Assembly (NCBI GenBank): GCA_029269845.2
Contig: CP149973.1
Span: 2,130,001 to 2,162,000, forward strand
From: Opitutia bacterium KCR 482
GTDB lineage: Bacteria; Verrucomicrobiota; Verrucomicrobiia; Opitutales; Intestinicryptomonadaceae
Direction: 5' to 3'
DNA length: 32,000 nucleotides
Below the pieces are notes generated by a model. The model did no database searches and was not told where the DNA came from. It was given only the letters and a program-made list of their open reading frames with translations. How positions within the stretch are numbered: the first letter of the stretch is position 1; each line of letters begins with the position of its first letter. This document shows, piece by piece, positions 28,846 through 32,000 of the stretch. The position numbers and the translations under genes are program-made.

Positions 28846-30363
28846 ATGAAAAACAGAATTCTGGCATTTTCCGCAGTCTCTGCCGCGGCTTTCGCGTGCG
28901 GTTGCGTGAATGTTGACAGGGAGGTCGCCGAAACGCCGTCCGTCTATTGGAAAGCTCCGAAAGACGCAATGCCTTCCGAATACTACAAGCCGTCGCAGAT
29001 AAAAACCGACAAAATAGAGAAGTCGGAAGACGCTACCGAAAAGGCGCAAAAGGGCGGGGAGGCGGCGTCGGACGGCGCGCAAAAAGCCGCGCCGCGCAAC
29101 CTTACGCCCTCCGAAAAACTGCTTGCCGGCGGCGAACTTACGCTTCCCGAACTCATCGACATCGCCCTCGAAAACAACCCCACAACCCGCATGTATTGGT
29201 TTCAGGCAAAGCAGTACGCGGCGGCGCAGGGCAAGGCGGAGGCGTCGTACTACCCGCAGGTTTCGGTCGGGGCGCAGGTCTACCGCGACAAAACAAAGAC
29301 GAGCGCGGCAAGCCTCGTGCCCGTCGGCGCGTACTACGAAACCGCCTACGGGCCGTCGGCGCAGATAAGCTGGCTGCTGTTCGACTTCGGCAAGCGCGAG
29401 GCGCAGGTCGAATCCGCCCGCGAGGCTCTACGCGCGGCGAACTTCGAATACAATCAGGCTTTGCAGGACGTGTTCCTTAACGTAAACGTGGCGTTCTTCC
29501 GGTACTACGCGGCTTTGGGAAGCGTCAAGGCGGCGCAGCTCGACGTGGAGGACTCCAAAACTTCGTACGAATCGGCAGACCGCAAACTGCGCGACGGCGT
29601 CGGCAACAAGCAGGACATGCTGAACGCGCTGGCGTCGCTTAGAACCGCAGAGTTCACGCTCGAAAGCAAAAAGTCAGACGTGGAGACCGCCCGCGCAAAC
29701 CTCGCAAACGCAATGGGCGTCAACGCCGCCGACCTCCGCAACATTTCGGAGAACGTCAATATTCCCACGGCGTCGGAAAAGAGGATAGACGAGCTTGTCG
29801 CGCAGGCGATGAGGTCGAGGCAGTCGCTGCTGGCGGGCTACGCCAAGTTGCGCAAAACGCAAAGCGACGTCAAAACCGCCAAGCGCGACTTCCTTCCCCA
29901 ACTGAACGCGCAGGGCAGCGCGTCGTACATGTGGTACACCGAGACCCCGCGCGAGGACGCCTACCAGTACCAGTTCGGGCTTGCCGCAAGCTGGAGCATT
30001 TTCGAGGGCTTTGCCCGCAAATACGAGCTTATCGGCGCAAAGGCCGCCGAACGCGCTCAGGCGCAACAGCTTAAAGCGGAGGAAATTTCGATTATCTCCG
30101 ACATCTGGGCGTACTACCACGTCTACCAAAGCTCGCTCAAACAGATTGCAAGCTCGGAGGCGAGCGTGGAGGCGGCGTCGGAGGCGTACGAGGCTACGAA
30201 AATCGGCTTTGCAAACGGTGTAAATTCAATCACCGACCTGCTGAACGCGCAGACCCGTCTGGCGTCGGCAAGACAGTCGAACGTCAACGCGCGGTCGTCG
30301 CTTGCGATTGCCGTCGCAAGGCTCTCGCACGCGGTCGGAGCGGTTTCGGCAAACGGAATTTAG
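28846..30363 (+). CDS. Outer membrane efflux protein (TolC/OMF family), probable lipoprotein
   Basis: 505 aa. MKNRILAFSAVSAAAFACGC signal. Duplicated OEP-type repeats (LTLPELIDIALENNP..., LLNAQTRLASARQ). Starts 4 nt after the RND stop. Confidence 0.9.
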   Translation: MKNRILAFSAVSAAAFACGCVNVDREVAETPSVYWKAPKDAMPSEYYKPSQIKTDKIEKSEDATEKAQKGGEAASDGAQKAAPRNLTPSEKLLAGGELTLPELIDIALENNPTTRMYWFQAKQYAAAQGKAEASYYPQVSVGAQVYRDKTKTSAASLVPVGAYYETAYGPSAQISWLLFDFGKREAQVESAREALRAANFEYNQALQDVFLNVNVAFFRYYAALGSVKAAQLDVEDSKTSYESADRKLRDGVGNKQDMLNALASLRTAEFTLESKKSDVETARANLANAMGVNAADLRNISENVNIPTASEKRIDELVAQAMRSRQSLLAGYAKLRKTQSDVKTAKRDFLPQLNAQGSASYMWYTETPREDAYQYQFGLAASWSIFEGFARKYELIGAKAAERAQAQQLKAEEISIISDIWAYYHVYQSSLKQIASSEASVEAASEAYEATKIGFANGVNSITDLLNAQTRLASARQSNVNARSSLAIAVARLSHAVGAVSANGI

Positions 30364-30386
30364 CTTCGCGGGCTTCCGCAAAGCCG

Positions 30387-30435
30387 AGCGGGGGGCGGTT
30401 CGCAATGGCATTGCGCCCAAAGCGGGGGGCGGTTC
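30387..30435. repeat. 15-nt direct repeat (agcggggggcggttc, two copies) flanking a small palindrome; the second copy runs into a tRNA T-loop-like GGTTCAAATCC
   Basis: The copies at 30387-30401 and 30421-30435 are identical. Between them lies cgcaat-ggc-attgcg (a 6-bp palindrome). ccgagc (30384-30389) can pair with gctcgg (30444-30449). Confidence 0.7.
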
Positions 30436-30485
30436 AAATCCAAGCTCGGAGGCGATTCTGAAAAGACGCAAATTTCCGCATTCCG

Positions 30486-30510
30486 GCGCGTCGGCATGAC
30501 GCGCTTTTTT
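30486..30510 (+). terminator. Rho-independent terminator after the RND efflux operon
   Basis: Stem gcgcgtc (30486-30492) / gacgcgc (30498-30504), loop ggcat, then T6 (30505-30510). Confidence 0.75.
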
Positions 30511-30611
30511 GCGGTTTTTGCGCGTTCCGATACTCAAAAAATCCTTTGACATTTCCGCGCAGTGCTTTTAACTGATTATAAAAAAGAATATTTATATATC
30601 CCTTGTATCCC

Positions 30612-32000
30612 ATGAAAAAATTGATTCCCATTTTCGCCGCGGCTCTTGCGGCTTCGTCGGCTTTCGCCGTCAGAAATTTGGAGGGTACGCTTTCGGGCAT
30701 CACCTCCTCCTCCATTCTAAATCCCATAACTTCCTATTCCGACTACTGGGCAATTCCCGACGGAAAAACGTTCACGGTGGACGTTTCGTGGGAGCTTAAA
30801 AAGAACGTCAGCGGCGACCTTCTAAAAGCCCCGGGAACGCTGGTTGTAAACGAGGGGCAGACTCTTACGCTCACTTCCGTTGTGAATCGCAATTCGGCGG
30901 AAGTTCCGTCGTTCGCGAAGGGCACTATCGACGGCGCGTTGGACATCAAAATGAGAAGCGCGGTCGTGACGTTCTCGAATGCGGACTTCACCGTAAACGG
31001 TTCGCTGAAAACCAACACAAAGACCTCTCTGCGAATCAAAAGCGGCACTCTCACGGTGTCCGACCAAGCCGAAAAAGGCTCGCTTATTTTGGACGGCGGC
31101 ATTCAGGAGCGCGGCGTAAAGGGCGCGAACCCCAAGCTTGTCCTCAACGCCCCGTGGGCATTGGGCAATTCGATAAACTCAAAGGGCGTTGTTTCGTACA
31201 ATGCCGACGTTTCCATGATGATTAACAACGACTGCGGCGTGTTTACAATAGAGCTCGGCGCGCCGCAGAGAATTAGGAACGTGGTTTTCGAAAAAAACAA
31301 AAATTCCGACCTGCGCTTCGCAATTACGGATTCGTCGGCAAGGCTGATTCTTGCGGACATTGCGCCAAGCAACGACAAAACGAGGCTCATAGATTCCACA
31401 TCAAAGCAGTCAATCACGGTCGAAAATTTCAGAAACAACGCAATTTTCTTTACGGCGAACCTCACGTCGCGCTTTGCCGACGACAAAATCAAGGTGTCGG
31501 GCACGGGAAGCTCGGCTTCCAAATTCGGATATGTAGATGTTGTCGGCACGACGGCTGCCGGGGCGAAAATTTCCAACTTCAAGCTCGTAAAAGGCACGAC
31601 GACCGACGCCGACGGCAAGAGCGTAAGCGGCTGGTGGCTGAACTCCGACTACACCGTTTCGACCGACCTCCCCTCGACGACCGGCGCGTACAAGGGCAGA
31701 AAAACGACCATGACTTTCGAGGCCAAGTCGCCCGTGGCAAACGCCAAAACAACCTACGAATGGTACTGCAAAAAGAAAGGCGAATCCGAATTTGCGCCGC
31801 TCGGTAAAAACTCGAAGTCGTACTCGTTTACGTTCGAAGAAACGATGGTCGGCGACCAGTACTACTGCGAGGCGACCGACGGCACGTTCACGGTGAAATC
31901 CACAACTACGACCGTCGCACTCGAAACGAACATCACTTTCCGCGAAGACCTCCCCGCAGAGCTTGCGGTTGTCGAAAACCGCAAGGGCAAATTCGAGGTT
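30612..32000 (+). CDS. Large secreted or surface protein with autotransporter-type beta-strand (PATR-like) repeats and an Ig-like domain; the 3' end lies beyond the window
   Basis: Open frame from the ATG at 30612 to the window end (463 codons; not in the track because there is no stop in the window). My translation starts MKKLIPIFAAALAASSAFA (signal peptide). It then has GTLVVNEGQTLTLTS, SGTLTVSD and GSLILDGG repeats. Later comes YEWYCKKKGESEF...MVGDQYYCEATDG, an I-set Ig-like pattern. Confidence 0.75.
   Translation, partial: MKKLIPIFAAALAASSAFAVRNLEGTLSGITSSSILNPITSYSDYWAIPDGKTFTVDVSWELKKNVSGDLLKAPGTLVVNEGQTLTLTSVVNRNSAEVPSFAKGTIDGALDIKMRSAVVTFSNADFTVNGSLKTNTKTSLRIKSGTLTVSDQAEKGSLILDGGIQERGVKGANPKLVLNAPWALGNSINSKGVVSYNADVSMMINNDCGVFTIELGAPQRIRNVVFEKNKNSDLRFAITDSSARLILADIAPSNDKTRLIDSTSKQSITVENFRNNAIFFTANLTSRFADDKIKVSGTGSSASKFGYVDVVGTTAAGAKISNFKLVKGTTTDADGKSVSGWWLNSDYTVSTDLPSTTGAYKGRKTTMTFEAKSPVANAKTTYEWYCKKKGESEFAPLGKNSKSYSFTFEETMVGDQYYCEATDGTFTVKSTTTTVALETNITFREDLPAELAVVENRKGKFEV

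Noticed and set aside
30384-30449. Functional tRNA gene (anticodon-loop-like atGGCat and GGTTCAAATCC)
   Set aside because: The T-stem cannot form (ggcgg vs ccaag). I could not build an acceptor stem or D-arm, and the spacing between the arms is wrong. It is kept only as a possible remnant in the findings.

Overview
This looks like an ordinary chromosomal segment of a Gram-negative bacterium with GC-rich third codon positions. Gene content suggests a PVC-type polysaccharide degrader (Lentisphaerota, Verrucomicrobiota or Kiritimatiellota-like): Tat-signal Gfo/Idh/MocA enzymes, xylose-isomerase-like TIM barrels, large beta-helix proteins, and a surface protein with autotransporter-type beta-strand repeats. 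That taxonomic placement is inference only.

I support 20 protein-coding genes, two of them cut by the window edges:
- a GH78-like glycosidase (partial)
- an isolated gspE-gspE-gspF operon (two full-length secretion/pilus ATPases plus the platform protein)
- a glycosidase-like lipoprotein
- a tightly packed metG-thiC-C_GCAxxG_C_C unit
- two paralogous secreted beta-helix proteins, in direct orientation, bracketing an opposite-strand cassette of a 6TM ion channel and nhaD
- a Tat-signal lipoprotein TIM barrel convergent with two tandem Gfo/Idh/MocA oxidoreductase paralogs
- an unknown membrane protein
- an MFP-RND-OMF efflux operon
- a large secreted repeat protein (partial)

Six hairpin-plus-T-run terminators are directly visible. 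I saw no rRNA, intact tRNA, CRISPR array, transposase, integrase, or recognisable defence or toxin-antitoxin genes.

I cannot point to a clear-cut novel system. The best candidates for follow-up are:
1. The convergent oxidoreductase / TIM-barrel module, a candidate periplasmic oxidative glycoside-cleavage unit. Only one of its two near-identical oxidoreductases has an export signal.
2. The mosaic beta-helix paralog pair that brackets the ion cassette.
3. A voltage-sensor-type channel with a non-canonical TTLGAS selectivity filter.
4. The tandem GspE ATPases.

The many long ORFs antisense to real genes are shadow ORFs and are rejected.
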